DNA of 63,692 nt, counting the filler. It is 6 parts of 6 records of this genome, joined end to end, with 100 filler letters (N's around TTAATTAATTAA, not from the genome) between each part and the next. Parts side by side here need not be neighbours in the genome. Positions count along the whole stretch, not along the records: positions 1 to 15,123 come from DRR723986_9283; positions 15,224 to 24,316 come from DRR723986_9285; 4 more parts are not named here. One strand, 5' to 3'. Of the stretch, positions 10,921 through 20,338 are shown piece by piece. The translations under genes were made by a program, and so were the position numbers. The first letter of the stretch is position 1. Every line of letters begins with the position of its first letter. The notes under the pieces are model-generated. The model was given only the letters and a program-made list of their open reading frames with translations. It did no database searches and was not told where the DNA came from.

Positions 10921-11439
10921 GTGCAAGAGTCAATCCGCAAGTTAAAGCCCGATGATGCCGCTGCATTTTTTGATCTGCGTCTGCAAGGCTTGCAGCAGTA
11001 CCCGCTCGCATTTGGTGAGTCCCCTCATGAGTGGGAGGCACGTGGGCTCGCGGGTGCACGCCAATTTTTGGAAAGCCTGCAGGAGCCAGACAACGACTCA
11101 TTCATCCTGGCTGCCTGGAACGCCGAAGAACTGCTTGGCGTTGCTGCCATGAAGCGTCACACAGGCGCTAAATTCCGCCATAAAGCTGAGGTCTGGGGCA
11201 TGTTTGTCCTTCCCGCACATCATGGCCGTGGCCTGGGAGGCCGCTTGCTGGACAAGCTGATTGAGGAAGCTCGTACACTGCCCGGACTGCAACGTTTGGG
11301 GCTTTGCTGCATGGAAGATAATTCTGCGGCCGAAGCACTGTATCGCTCGCGTGGATTTGTGGAGTTTGGTCGTGAGCCGCAAGCGCTGATGCTGGATGGG
11401 AAGTACCACGTAGAGATTTTCATGAGCAAGGCCTTATGA
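10921..11439 (+). CDS. GNAT acetyltransferase
   Basis: HKAEVWGMFV, acetyl-CoA motif HHGRGLG, NSAAEALY..RGF. GTG start assumed. Confidence 0.9.
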   Translation: MQESIRKLKPDDAAAFFDLRLQGLQQYPLAFGESPHEWEARGLAGARQFLESLQEPDNDSFILAAWNAEELLGVAAMKRHTGAKFRHKAEVWGMFVLPAHHGRGLGGRLLDKLIEEARTLPGLQRLGLCCMEDNSAAEALYRSRGFVEFGREPQALMLDGKYHVEIFMSKAL

Positions 11440-11565
11440 ATGTTTTTGTTAGTCTCTGTGTGAGAAGTGTCATATAGTGGCTCGTCAAGTTTTGCCTGAG
11501 CCGTGTTCACGCTGGGTGAACGCCGACGTAAATTTTCACGTTCAAAGTCAATTCAGGAGCACAGA

Positions 11566-12159
11566 ATGTCTGTCAACGATAAAACCATCCGCAATCCGCA
11601 TCTGGCGGCGTGTTACGAAAACTTTCAGCGCATTGAAAAATTGTACCACGAACTCGTAGATGATCTGACCGACGAGCAGTTGACCTGGAAACCATCTGAG
11701 CAGCGCTGGAGTGTTGCGCAGAATATCGGCCACCTGTTGGAAACGAACCGTTTGTATTATGAGCGTCTGCAGCCAATGGTTAAAGCCGCCGTGGATGCCG
11801 GCAAAGCCGATCCGCCATCGACTGCAGCACACAAGTCCGGTTTTTTTGGTGGCATGCTGCTCAAGGCGACGGACCCCAACGGCAAAAGAAAAGTCAAAAC
11901 ATTTAAGCCTTTCCAGCCCAAGCCGATGTCAAATACAGACCAACGCCGAGAGTTTCTAAACTATCATCATAAAATGGCGCAACTCTGTGTGGCGGCCGAC
12001 GGCTTAAACACTCGCAAGAATAAAATTGCTTCGCCCCTTTCCAGTTTGATGCGGATTAACCTGGGGGATGCTCTCAATATTAGCACGGTGCATGCCGAGC
12101 GCCACTTTAATCAGGCGCGACGTCTATTTGACGAGCTCGGCTTTCCCTCCGCCAAATAA
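11566..12159 (+). CDS. DinB-like family protein
   Basis: QLTWKP...WSVAQNIGHL and C-terminal HAERHFNQ. AGGAG RBS before ATG 11566. Confidence 0.88.
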   Translation: MSVNDKTIRNPHLAACYENFQRIEKLYHELVDDLTDEQLTWKPSEQRWSVAQNIGHLLETNRLYYERLQPMVKAAVDAGKADPPSTAAHKSGFFGGMLLKATDPNGKRKVKTFKPFQPKPMSNTDQRREFLNYHHKMAQLCVAADGLNTRKNKIASPLSSLMRINLGDALNISTVHAERHFNQARRLFDELGFPSAK

Positions 12160-12233
12160 TGCGTACACAAGCAAATAATTCGACCCAACAATTCGACTGT
12201 CAAAACTGTTAAGTATGTCCACGAGCCACAATA

Positions 12234-13160
12234 TTGAAACAGCGTTCTGCCAATAATAGAACTCTCACCTGCTCAGCCGAGGAGTTAGAGCAGTATGCTC
12301 AAAGTTTACTGCCATCTGCCAATGGCCTTTCCCTGGCAGAGCTGCTTAACCACACAGTGAACAACGACACGTTTGAGACTCTGAAGTGTCTGCCTGAAAA
12401 CTTTGTTGATCTGTTAATATTGGATCCGCCGTATAATCTCTCCAAAAATTACAACGGCGCGCGCTTTTACGAGAAGCAGGAACAGGAATACATTGACTGG
12501 TTCGTGCGTTTAATCAAGCTGATAAAACCCTGCCTGCGGCACACGGCGGCAATCTATGTTTGCGCCGAGTGGCGCACATCAATTTTGATAGCGCCGGTTC
12601 TGGCGGCAAACTTTACAGTGCGCAATCGCATTACCTGGGAGCGTGAGAAGGGCCGCGGTGCGCGCGCCAACTGGAAAAATGCATCCGAAGACATTTGGTT
12701 CTGCACCAACTCAGACGACTACTATTTTGATACGGAAGCTGTTAAGCAAAAACGGCGTGTGATAGCGCCATATAAAAATGCAGCCGGCGAACCCAAAGAT
12801 TGGGAAGACAGCCAGGACGGCAAGTTCCGCTTAACACATCCATCCAATTTGTGGACGGACTTAACGGTTCCGTTCTGGTCTATGCCTGAAAACACGGATC
12901 ACCCAACCCAAAAACCTGAAAAGTTAATCGCCAAATTGCTGCTGGCTTCTTCGCGCCCGCATGACATTGTGCTGGATCCATTTCTGGGCAGTGGTACCAG
13001 CTCCGTTGTCGCCAAAAAACTGGGGCGTCGTTATCTGGGAATCGAGCAAAATCTGGAGTATTGCTGTTGGAGTCAAAAACGCCTGGACAGTACTGAGTCG
13101 GGCACCCGCATTCAGGGTTACGAAGATGGTGTGTTTTGGGATCGGAATACGCAGAAGTAG
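12234..13160 (+). CDS. Beta-class N4-C/N6-A DNA methyltransferase
   Basis: Motif IV DPPY precedes HPTQKP and motif I LDPFLGSGT. Confidence 0.95.
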   Translation: MKQRSANNRTLTCSAEELEQYAQSLLPSANGLSLAELLNHTVNNDTFETLKCLPENFVDLLILDPPYNLSKNYNGARFYEKQEQEYIDWFVRLIKLIKPCLRHTAAIYVCAEWRTSILIAPVLAANFTVRNRITWEREKGRGARANWKNASEDIWFCTNSDDYYFDTEAVKQKRRVIAPYKNAAGEPKDWEDSQDGKFRLTHPSNLWTDLTVPFWSMPENTDHPTQKPEKLIAKLLLASSRPHDIVLDPFLGSGTSSVVAKKLGRRYLGIEQNLEYCCWSQKRLDSTESGTRIQGYEDGVFWDRNTQK

Positions 13161-13165
13161 GTGCG

Positions 13166-13957
13166 CTAAGACTTGTCTCTTTGATTGATTTCTCGAAGTT
13201 CTCTATCTGTGACAGACCAGTTTAGTTGAACTACAGTATATGAATTCAATTTTGGGTTAAGCGTACTTGCTGGATTTACTATAAACTGGAAATCGGGTTT
13301 GGTTGACACATTTCGAACGATTACTAAATAGTATCTATCCGCTAGTTCGTCTGCAACCTGCCACTCTTTACTTGTTAACTGTATTCCACCTTTATTTTCA
13401 GCAAGGCCTTTAATCTCAAAGAATAAGGAATCATGACTATTAGACTTAATCAATTCAAAGTCATAGCCACAGCCTTCAGCACTGCGATCGATTAACTCTC
13501 CCTGAAATGAGAATTCGTTGTTCTTAAGAGCAGTAGAAAACGCTGCTTCAGCTTTTGTCCCTGTAATTGCACGGGAAACAAATTTGCGAGTAGGTATTTC
13601 TTCCGGATTGTTAGCTAGTGCATTTTCAAGTCCTGAGAGAGATTGTTCTTTTGCCTGGGTCGAACCACTTAGAAGTCCTTGTACCATAACTCTCATTTCA
13701 AACTCATTGAAGCATTCGAACTTCTCAATCATGCTGCGGATATACTTTCCCATTGGTCGTTTCCATCCTCGCCTCCATGGGAATGCTACGTCGAATTCAT
13801 CTCTCCTCAGTTTTACATAGTTTTTCTTTACTCCCAAAGCATTTGCAATCTCCAGATATGCTTGTGTGAACCCTTGGTACCCCAGTTTTTCCAATCCGTC
13901 GTGATTAAAACGTGCCAGATAGTAGGCAACAACACTTGCTTTTTGGTTGGGAGTCAT
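13166..13957 (-). CDS. DUF3883/NOV_C-type PD-(D/E)xK nuclease, putative restriction endonuclease
   Basis: GCGYDF...FEIKG...LTSKEW...YYLVIV pattern. AT-rich, convergent with the MTase. Confidence 0.8.
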   Translation of the reverse strand: MTPNQKASVVAYYLARFNHDGLEKLGYQGFTQAYLEIANALGVKKNYVKLRRDEFDVAFPWRRGWKRPMGKYIRSMIEKFECFNEFEMRVMVQGLLSGSTQAKEQSLSGLENALANNPEEIPTRKFVSRAITGTKAEAAFSTALKNNEFSFQGELIDRSAEGCGYDFELIKSNSHDSLFFEIKGLAENKGGIQLTSKEWQVADELADRYYLVIVRNVSTKPDFQFIVNPASTLNPKLNSYTVVQLNWSVTDRELREINQRDKS

Positions 13958-14002
13958 ATTAAAGTCAATGGAAAGAGTGTGCTAATCTTTGAAGCAGAGT
14001 TG

Positions 14003-14728
14003 CTAGACATCCAGTCGTAACTCTCTGTCCGGCATCTCGTCATAGGTTCTGCTATTCAAAAGACGTCCATCCTGCTTATTATTGGTGCCGCCCAATTGTT
14101 TAAAGAAAAAGAGCACGTTCGCAGTTGCACATTGATGTTGGATATCCAATGCCCATTCAGGTTTCATTGGGCGCGCTTTCCTTCCGCTTTCACCGCCGAC
14201 GATTACCCAGTCAATTTGGTTGAGATTTAAATTTGGCAAAGGACCTAGCAAAGGTTCCAACGATAAGAACTTTACATGCGCGTTGGTTTTACGTAGTTAG
14301 TTGATTCGGTCCTCGACTTTTTGGTTCTCAACAGAAACGCCCATCCAGATGTTGGGAGTCCAGTTGAGTTGTCTGTGAACTTCAAACAAACGAACTGCGC
14401 ATTTAGTTAAGATCTGAAAGATGTGCTGTGGATTGTTGTTCATTACATCAAACACTTTGCGAATGAACTCGACCTCAATTTCCTCATGAAAGAGATCACT
14501 CATCGAATTAACAAAGACGACTTTGGAGCCACTCCAGGAATAGGGCGCCGCCAGCGCATCTTTGTGAACTCTGACTGCAAAGTTGTCCTTGTACTTTTCA
14601 ACGCCCACTGCCTGCAGTCTCTTCGACATTACTTCGGCATAACAGAAGCGGTAGCCGGCTGAGACCTTGGAGCAACCCGTTGTTGGGTTCCATGTCATTT
14701 CTGTCCACTATATGCTGGATTGAGCCAT
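14003..14728 (-). pseudogene. DUF5131 (phage Gp37/Gp68) family pseudogene
   Basis: One frame reads MAQSSI*WTEMTWNPTTGC...SMSDLFH...RIN*LRKT...LSLEPLLG...WVIVGGESG. In-frame TAG at codon 7 and TAA at 14297-14299. The expected second Cys is Tyr and KQWGG is KQLGG. Confidence 0.88.
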
Positions 14729-14974
14729 TTGCTTGCCTCTACTTTCTGGTTAGTAAATTTGTCAGCAGTTTTGGTAATCAATGAAACGAGATTCCTATAA
14801 TCTTCATTGTTGTAAATGACTTTAACATGCTCGCTATGCTGCTGATTGAGCTTGGAAGACACTTCCTTCAAAGTATCCAGATTGGAGAAGTCGATATCGT
14901 TAACAGTGAGGTGAAAGCACGGGGTGATTTCGTTCCTTGCCTTTGTGGCCTGAGGAATTTCGTCATTTCCTTTG

Positions 14975-15123
14975 CGTTTGCTAGTGGGCGCATGAATTTC
15001 GGTGATTGCACCGTATACCGTAACTATACGCTTGCGGCCGGTTGTCTATTACTCAGTGAACCACGCTTGCGGTCTTTGATGCCAGTCACAGAATCTTGGG
15101 GCTAGAAACAGTCCCCACCTACA
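14975..15123. repeat. Noncoding element homologous to 57303-57453, truncated at contig end
   Basis: Hand alignment of 15016-15119 with 57351-57452 gives about 74/104 identities, with weaker similarity about 40 nt further upstream. Confidence 0.8.
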
Positions 15124-15223
15124 NNNNNNNNNNNNNNNNNNNNNNNNNNNNNNNNNNNNNNNNNNNNTTAATTAATTAANNNNNNNNNNNNNNNNNNNNN
15201 NNNNNNNNNNNNNNNNNNNNNNN
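15124..15223. other. Artificial contig linker
   Basis: N-run + TTAATTAATTAA (stops in six frames) + N-run. Confidence 0.99.
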
Positions 15224-16277
15224 TGAGATAGAACAGGATCTCGCCGTAGGAGGCGCGGATGCCCATGGCCTGCACGGTCCCCAGCCGCTGCCCCTCGCGG
15301 TGGTAGAAATCGCGCAGCGAGACCGCCTTGGTCGCGCCTTCGTCCGCGCCCTTGGGCCAGAGGGCAAACATCTCGTTGAGGTGGAACATCAGGTTCCGCC
15401 CCACAAGGCCGGAGCGGTTGGCAAGCCCCGTGGGCCATGCCTCGGAGGATGACGCCAGAAGCAGCCGCGCCGAGCCCAGCGCGCCGCCGCAGAGCACGTA
15501 GCGCCGCGCCCGGACCCGGTGGATCTGCCCGTCGATCCGCAGATCGGCGTGGTCGATCGTGTCGCCATTGGCCACCAGCCGCACCACTTCTGCCCCGTCC
15601 TGCAGGGCGGCATTGCCGGTGGCCAGCGCCGGTTCGACCCCGGCAGAGCGCCCGTCCATCTTGCAGGGCTTCGGGCATTTGCGGCCAAGGCAGCCCTCGC
15701 ACCCCGGCACACGCCTGAGCGCGGTATGGGCGTGGTAGGGGTGCAACCCGGCCTTGCGCAGCCCCTCCATCAGCCCCTGCTCCATCGCCGACAAGGCGGG
15801 CGGGTCGCGCAGCGGCAGCGGGACCTCGTCCGACAGGGGATCGGGCGTGCCGTAGACGTGGAATTGCTCTGCCGCGCGGGCATACCACGGCGCGAAGGCG
15901 TCGAAGCCCACCGGCCAGCCGCCGGTCGGATGCGGGCGCGCGGGGCTGTCGTCCAAATCGTGCCGCTCCGGCCGCTCGAGCGTGGCAGCGTAGAAGGCAC
16001 TGCTTCCGCCGACACCCGCTCCCAGCGGCGCGTAGAAGCTCTGCTGCACGCCGTCGAGCGTCACATGCAGCGGCTCGGGCCAAAGCCCGCACGCCAGCCG
16101 CGCCTCGGGGACGAAGATCTCGGACAGGCCGTTGCGCTCCACCCGCAGGCCGGCGCGGCCCTGTTCGACGAAAAGCACCCGCTGCCCCGCCTCGGCCAGC
16201 GCGCGGCCCAGCGTGCCGCCGCCCAGCCCCGCGCCGATCACCAGCGCATCCCATGGCCCGCCGTCCAGCACGCTCAT
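15224..16277 (-). CDS. GMC family FAD oxidoreductase (3' truncated)
   Basis: VIGAGLGG Rossmann motif, GVGGSS, Cys cluster CEGCLGRKC, GLVGRNLMFH. ATGA overlap with the upstream gene. Confidence 0.9.
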
Positions 16278-18328
16278 GGCTCGGTCGCGCCCGACAGCGC
16301 GGTGCCCGCCGCGCGGCCCCTGAAGACCGGCGCGAAGAGATCGCGCACCCGCAACGCCGCCGCGTTGGTGACGTGGTTGTTGTCGAAGTACTGCCCCACG
16401 CCGTCGAAGACCGCGCCACAGGTCCCCTGCGCGCAGAACCGGGGCCACGGGTCGATCAGCGTGACCTCTCCCTCTTCCGCCAGCGGCAGCCAAGGCGCAT
16501 CCGCCAGCGCCGCGCGCAGGCTCAGCGCGTCCTGCGGGACCTCGGCCTCCGTCTCGGGAGCGGGCGCCAGCGGCCAGCCCGCGTGCGCCGCCTCGCGCGC
16601 AGCCTTGCGGCTGTCGTACCGCGGGATCTCGGGTGGCTGGCGCAGCACGAAGACCTGCGGCACCCGGCCGCGCAACTCGGCCACCGTGACCTCCGCCGCC
16701 TCTGACACCAGGCTTGCCTGCCGCTGCCCGATCCGCTCTGGCCGATCGGTGGGATGCAGCGTGATGCGGTTCGATGCATCGCGCCCGACCCCCTGCCCCG
16801 AGGCATAATAGCTCCATCGTCCGACCAGCAGGATCGACTCGAGGCTGTCGAGCCGCGCCAAGGCCTGACGGATCTGCAGGTTGGCCTGCGTGCAGGCGGT
16901 GTCCTGCACGAGGGTCGCGGCGCTTTCGACCTTGCGGAGGCCGAAGAGCGGCGGGCAGCCCGCGCGCCAGAGGATCATCCCCGGCACGCCCGCCTCATGG
17001 GCGGCAAGGTCCAGCCCCTCCTTGAAGGCGCGCAGGTGGCTGTCGCCCCAGACCAGCACGCGCGGCGCGCCCTCGGGGCCGATCGGGCAGACCTCCAACC
17101 CGTCGAGCGGCAGCGTGTCGGCCACATAGCAGCGACTGAAGTCCTGAAGGAAGTCGCCCGAGGCGGCGATATGCACCCGCGCCTCCGCCCCGAAGCGCGC
17201 GAGCAGGCCGTCGCCCTTGTAGACGTAGGCCCCCAGCGCCAGCACGCAGAGCGAGGCGAGCGCCGTACCGCCCAGCACCACGCCTCCGGGCAGGCGCCGG
17301 GCAAAGCGGACCGGATTCTCGATGAAGCGCCACGACAGCCACGCCAGCAGAACCGAGAGCGCGGCCCAGAGCGCCGCCTCGGCAAGGTTGGCGTAGCCGT
17401 CGCGCAGGTAGGTCGACAGCGTGTAGACCGGCCAGTGCCACAGGTAGAGCGAGTAGGAAATGAGGCCGAAGAAATGCATCACCGGATGCGTCAGCAGGCG
17501 GTTGGTCAGGTTCTCGCCCGTGCCGCTGGACAGCAGCAGCAGCGTGCCCGCCACCGGCAGGATCGCCAGCAGCCCGGGAAAGGCAGGCCCCGCCGGGATC
17601 AGCACGACAGAGGCCAGTACCAGCGCCAGCCCGGTCCACGACAACAGGAAGTGGCCGCGCCATTGGCGGTTGGTCTGGTGGCCCCAGATCGCCAGCAGGA
17701 CGCCGGACAGCATCTCCCACGCGCGGAAGGGGAAGAGGTAGAAGGTCGCGGTGGGCGAAACCGGGGTCAGCGTGATGCAGGCCGCCAGCGACAGCGCCCA
17801 GGCCGCCACGAGGGCCGCGATCAGCCCCCCGCGCCAACGCGCCAGCAGCAGGATCAGCAGCGGCAGGAAGACGTAGAACTGCTCCTCCACCGCCAGCGAC
17901 CACGTGTGCAGCAGCGGCTTTTCCTCGGACACCGTGTCGAAGTAGCCCGCCTGCCGGAAGAACAGCACGTTCGACAGGTAGAGGGTCGAGGCGATGGCCG
18001 CCTTGCCGTATTCGCGGAACTCGAACGGCAGAAGCACCGCCCAGGCCACCGCGCCGGTCACGAGCACCATGGTGAAGAAGGCGGGCGCGAGGCGTCGGAA
18101 GCGACGGATGTAGAAGTGTTTCAGCCAGATGCGGCCCGTGGCGTCGTATTCGCGCCAGAGGATGCCGCCGATCAGGAAACCCGAGATCACGAAGAAGACG
18201 TCGACGCCGACGAAGCCGCCCCGCAGCGGAAAGCCGAAGTGATACAGCACCACGGCCAGCACCGCGACGGCCCGAAGGCCGTCGATGTCGCCGCGATAGG
18301 GCATGGGGCTGATCGGCGGTCCGCTCAT
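16274..18328 (-). CDS. O-acyltransferase (acyltransferase-3 plus SGNH domain, OafA-like)
   Basis: IDGLRAVAV, GVDVFFVISGFLI, HTWSLAVEEQFY, WGDSH, DNNH. Confidence 0.95.
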   Translation of the reverse strand: MSGPPISPMPYRGDIDGLRAVAVLAVVLYHFGFPLRGGFVGVDVFFVISGFLIGGILWREYDATGRIWLKHFYIRRFRRLAPAFFTMVLVTGAVAWAVLLPFEFREYGKAAIASTLYLSNVLFFRQAGYFDTVSEEKPLLHTWSLAVEEQFYVFLPLLILLLARWRGGLIAALVAAWALSLAACITLTPVSPTATFYLFPFRAWEMLSGVLLAIWGHQTNRQWRGHFLLSWTGLALVLASVVLIPAGPAFPGLLAILPVAGTLLLLSSGTGENLTNRLLTHPVMHFFGLISYSLYLWHWPVYTLSTYLRDGYANLAEAALWAALSVLLAWLSWRFIENPVRFARRLPGGVVLGGTALASLCVLALGAYVYKGDGLLARFGAEARVHIAASGDFLQDFSRCYVADTLPLDGLEVCPIGPEGAPRVLVWGDSHLRAFKEGLDLAAHEAGVPGMILWRAGCPPLFGLRKVESAATLVQDTACTQANLQIRQALARLDSLESILLVGRWSYYASGQGVGRDASNRITLHPTDRPERIGQRQASLVSEAAEVTVAELRGRVPQVFVLRQPPEIPRYDSRKAAREAAHAGWPLAPAPETEAEVPQDALSLRAALADAPWLPLAEEGEVTLIDPWPRFCAQGTCGAVFDGVGQYFDNNHVTNAAALRVRDLFAPVFRGRAAGTALSGATEP

Positions 18329-18663
18329 CGCGCGGCGCGCCCTGCGTCTGCGGCTGTCATCCTGCTCCTTCCGGCTTCTCCGGTCGTGACCCCGTCAACT
18401 GGTTCCATATCGCCCGCGGGCGGCAGGGTCAGCGACAAGGGTTGCGATACACTTTACGTGGCCGGTCTTAGCGGCGGCAATATGACGTTTCGCGGGCATT
18501 GACGCGAAGAGCACACCCCCGGCCCGCGCCCCGCCCCCGCTGCGGGGCATGAAACGCGCGGCGGCGACGGAGCCACGCGCGGCCCGGTCCGCGCCCGCGG
18601 CTTGGATTCGGACCCCGCATGGCCATGGAAGCGCGTTCACGAAGGCCCCTGCGGACACCGGCG

Positions 18664-19419
18664 TCAGGGTTGCGCCCCGGGCGACTCGGACCTGTCCGGC
18701 GCGGGGCGGGCAGAAAGACCCGCAGGATCGGCGCCCGCCTCCTCATAGGCCATGCCAAGCGCCGTGGCCGCCAGCACGGTCGAAAACAGCGCCATGGCCG
18801 CGCCCAGCAGGCGCTCTGCCGCAAGGCGCAGGCCACTGGCTTCGCCCAGCGTGCCTTCGATCACCACGAAAAGGATCACCGTGACGGCGGTGAACAGGAA
18901 GGACCCGAAGAACAGCCGGCCCAAGGTGCGGCCGAAGGTCTGCGTCCCCCGCGCCCACGCCGCCGCAAGCGACGCGTCGCCGCCCACGGCGCAGGCGGGC
19001 AGCAGGGTGCCGGTGTAGGACAGCAGGATGCCGTGCAGCACGATGCCCAGCAGGATGCCCCCCACCACGACAGCCCGCAGCAGGCGCTCTTCCACGCCGG
19101 AATGAAGCGCCAGCCCGTAGCCCAGCCCGAGGATCAGCGCCACCAGCGCGGCGATGAAGAGCGCGGCGCGCAGCAGGAAGGGCAGGATGGGCAGCGGCTC
19201 GCCCGTGGGGCCACGCCCCGCAAGGGCCTGCCTCGGCGAGACCCGCTCTTTCAGCAGGCTGGCGCGATGGGCGAAGAGCGCGGCCAGCGCATAGACCACG
19301 AAAGCCGCCAGCGCGCGCGGCACGCGCGGCCCGATGTATTCCGTCAAAGCGCCCAGCAGGACCAGCGGCCCAAGGACGGGCAGGGCCCGGGCGATTGTGA
19401 CGAGGGAACTGCGGTACAA
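18664..19419 (-). CDS. Hypothetical multi-pass membrane protein
   Basis: About six hydrophobic segments, in frame with strong GC3 bias. Confidence 0.65.
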   Translation of the reverse strand: MYRSSLVTIARALPVLGPLVLLGALTEYIGPRVPRALAAFVVYALAALFAHRASLLKERVSPRQALAGRGPTGEPLPILPFLLRAALFIAALVALILGLGYGLALHSGVEERLLRAVVVGGILLGIVLHGILLSYTGTLLPACAVGGDASLAAAWARGTQTFGRTLGRLFFGSFLFTAVTVILFVVIEGTLGEASGLRLAAERLLGAAMALFSTVLAATALGMAYEEAGADPAGLSARPAPDRSESPGAQP

Positions 19420-19440
19420 GGGCGCGCCCGGTGCCGAGGG

Positions 19441-20283
19441 TCAGAGACGCGACAGAAGCTCGGACTTCTTGGCCGAGAACTCCTCGTCGGTGAGGATGCC
19501 CGCCTCGCGCAGCGCGCCCAGCTTCTCCAGCATGGCAAAGACCTGATCCGAGCTCAGGTCGCCTGCGCCCGTGGGTGCGGACTGCGGTGCCGGGTCCATC
19601 GGGGCGGATTGCGGCGCCGATTGGGTCCATTGCTCCGGTGCGGGGTCGAAGCTTTGCGAGGGCTGCGCCTCCCCCGCCCCCGAGACCACGCGCAACTGGT
19701 CCACCGGGACGGTGCCGTATTGGCTGGTGAAGGTCCAGCTTGCGCCGCCGGACTGCTGCTGGCTGATGCCGCCGATCTGGTGATCGCCGGTGTCGTAGAC
19801 CGTGACAGAGCCATGCGCCCGCACCGCAAGGCGTTGAACATGCGGGAAGATCGCGTAGCTGAGATCGTTCTGCGACCCCTGCGAGGCGGGCTGGCCCAGC
19901 TCTTCGGGCCACCAGCCGCCGCCCGAGAAGCCGAAGCTCATCGAGGTGCCGCCGTACCCCTGCCCCTGCGACTGGCCCTGCCAGTTGCCCGAGGGCTGCG
20001 GGGCGGGCTTGTAGAACTGGCCCTGCTGCATGGCAGAGGAGATGTCGGCACACAGCCCCGCCACCCGCGCCTGAAGCCCGTGGTTGAACATGTCGCCCAC
20101 CATGGTCATGCCGCCGATCGACCATTGCCCCATGCCGCCAAGCTCTGAGATGTTGAACTGGGCCTGCGTCCCGCCGCCGTTGGCGACGGCGCTCATCATC
20201 TGCGCGACCGCATCGTCGGAAAGGCCATAGGCCTGCGCGAGCCGCTGTTTCGTGGCTTCGCCGTGGTCGGTCAGCGGGGTCAT
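19441..20283 (-). CDS. SHOCT-domain protein
   Basis: C-terminal LEKLGALREAGILTDEEFSAKKSELL. G/Q-rich N-terminal region. Confidence 0.85.
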   Translation of the reverse strand: MTPLTDHGEATKQRLAQAYGLSDDAVAQMMSAVANGGGTQAQFNISELGGMGQWSIGGMTMVGDMFNHGLQARVAGLCADISSAMQQGQFYKPAPQPSGNWQGQSQGQGYGGTSMSFGFSGGGWWPEELGQPASQGSQNDLSYAIFPHVQRLAVRAHGSVTVYDTGDHQIGGISQQQSGGASWTFTSQYGTVPVDQLRVVSGAGEAQPSQSFDPAPEQWTQSAPQSAPMDPAPQSAPTGAGDLSSDQVFAMLEKLGALREAGILTDEEFSAKKSELLSRL

Positions 20284-20338
20284 CGTCGGGCACTCCTGCC
20301 GGGTGAGGGTCGCGGCAGAGGTAGCACGCAAGCGCCCC

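Noticed and set aside
14003-14728. Stop-codon recoding as an explanation for the in-frame stops in DUF5131
   Set aside because: Two different stops (TAG and TAA), both used as true stops by neighbouring genes, plus loss of other conserved residues. Decay is the simpler explanation.
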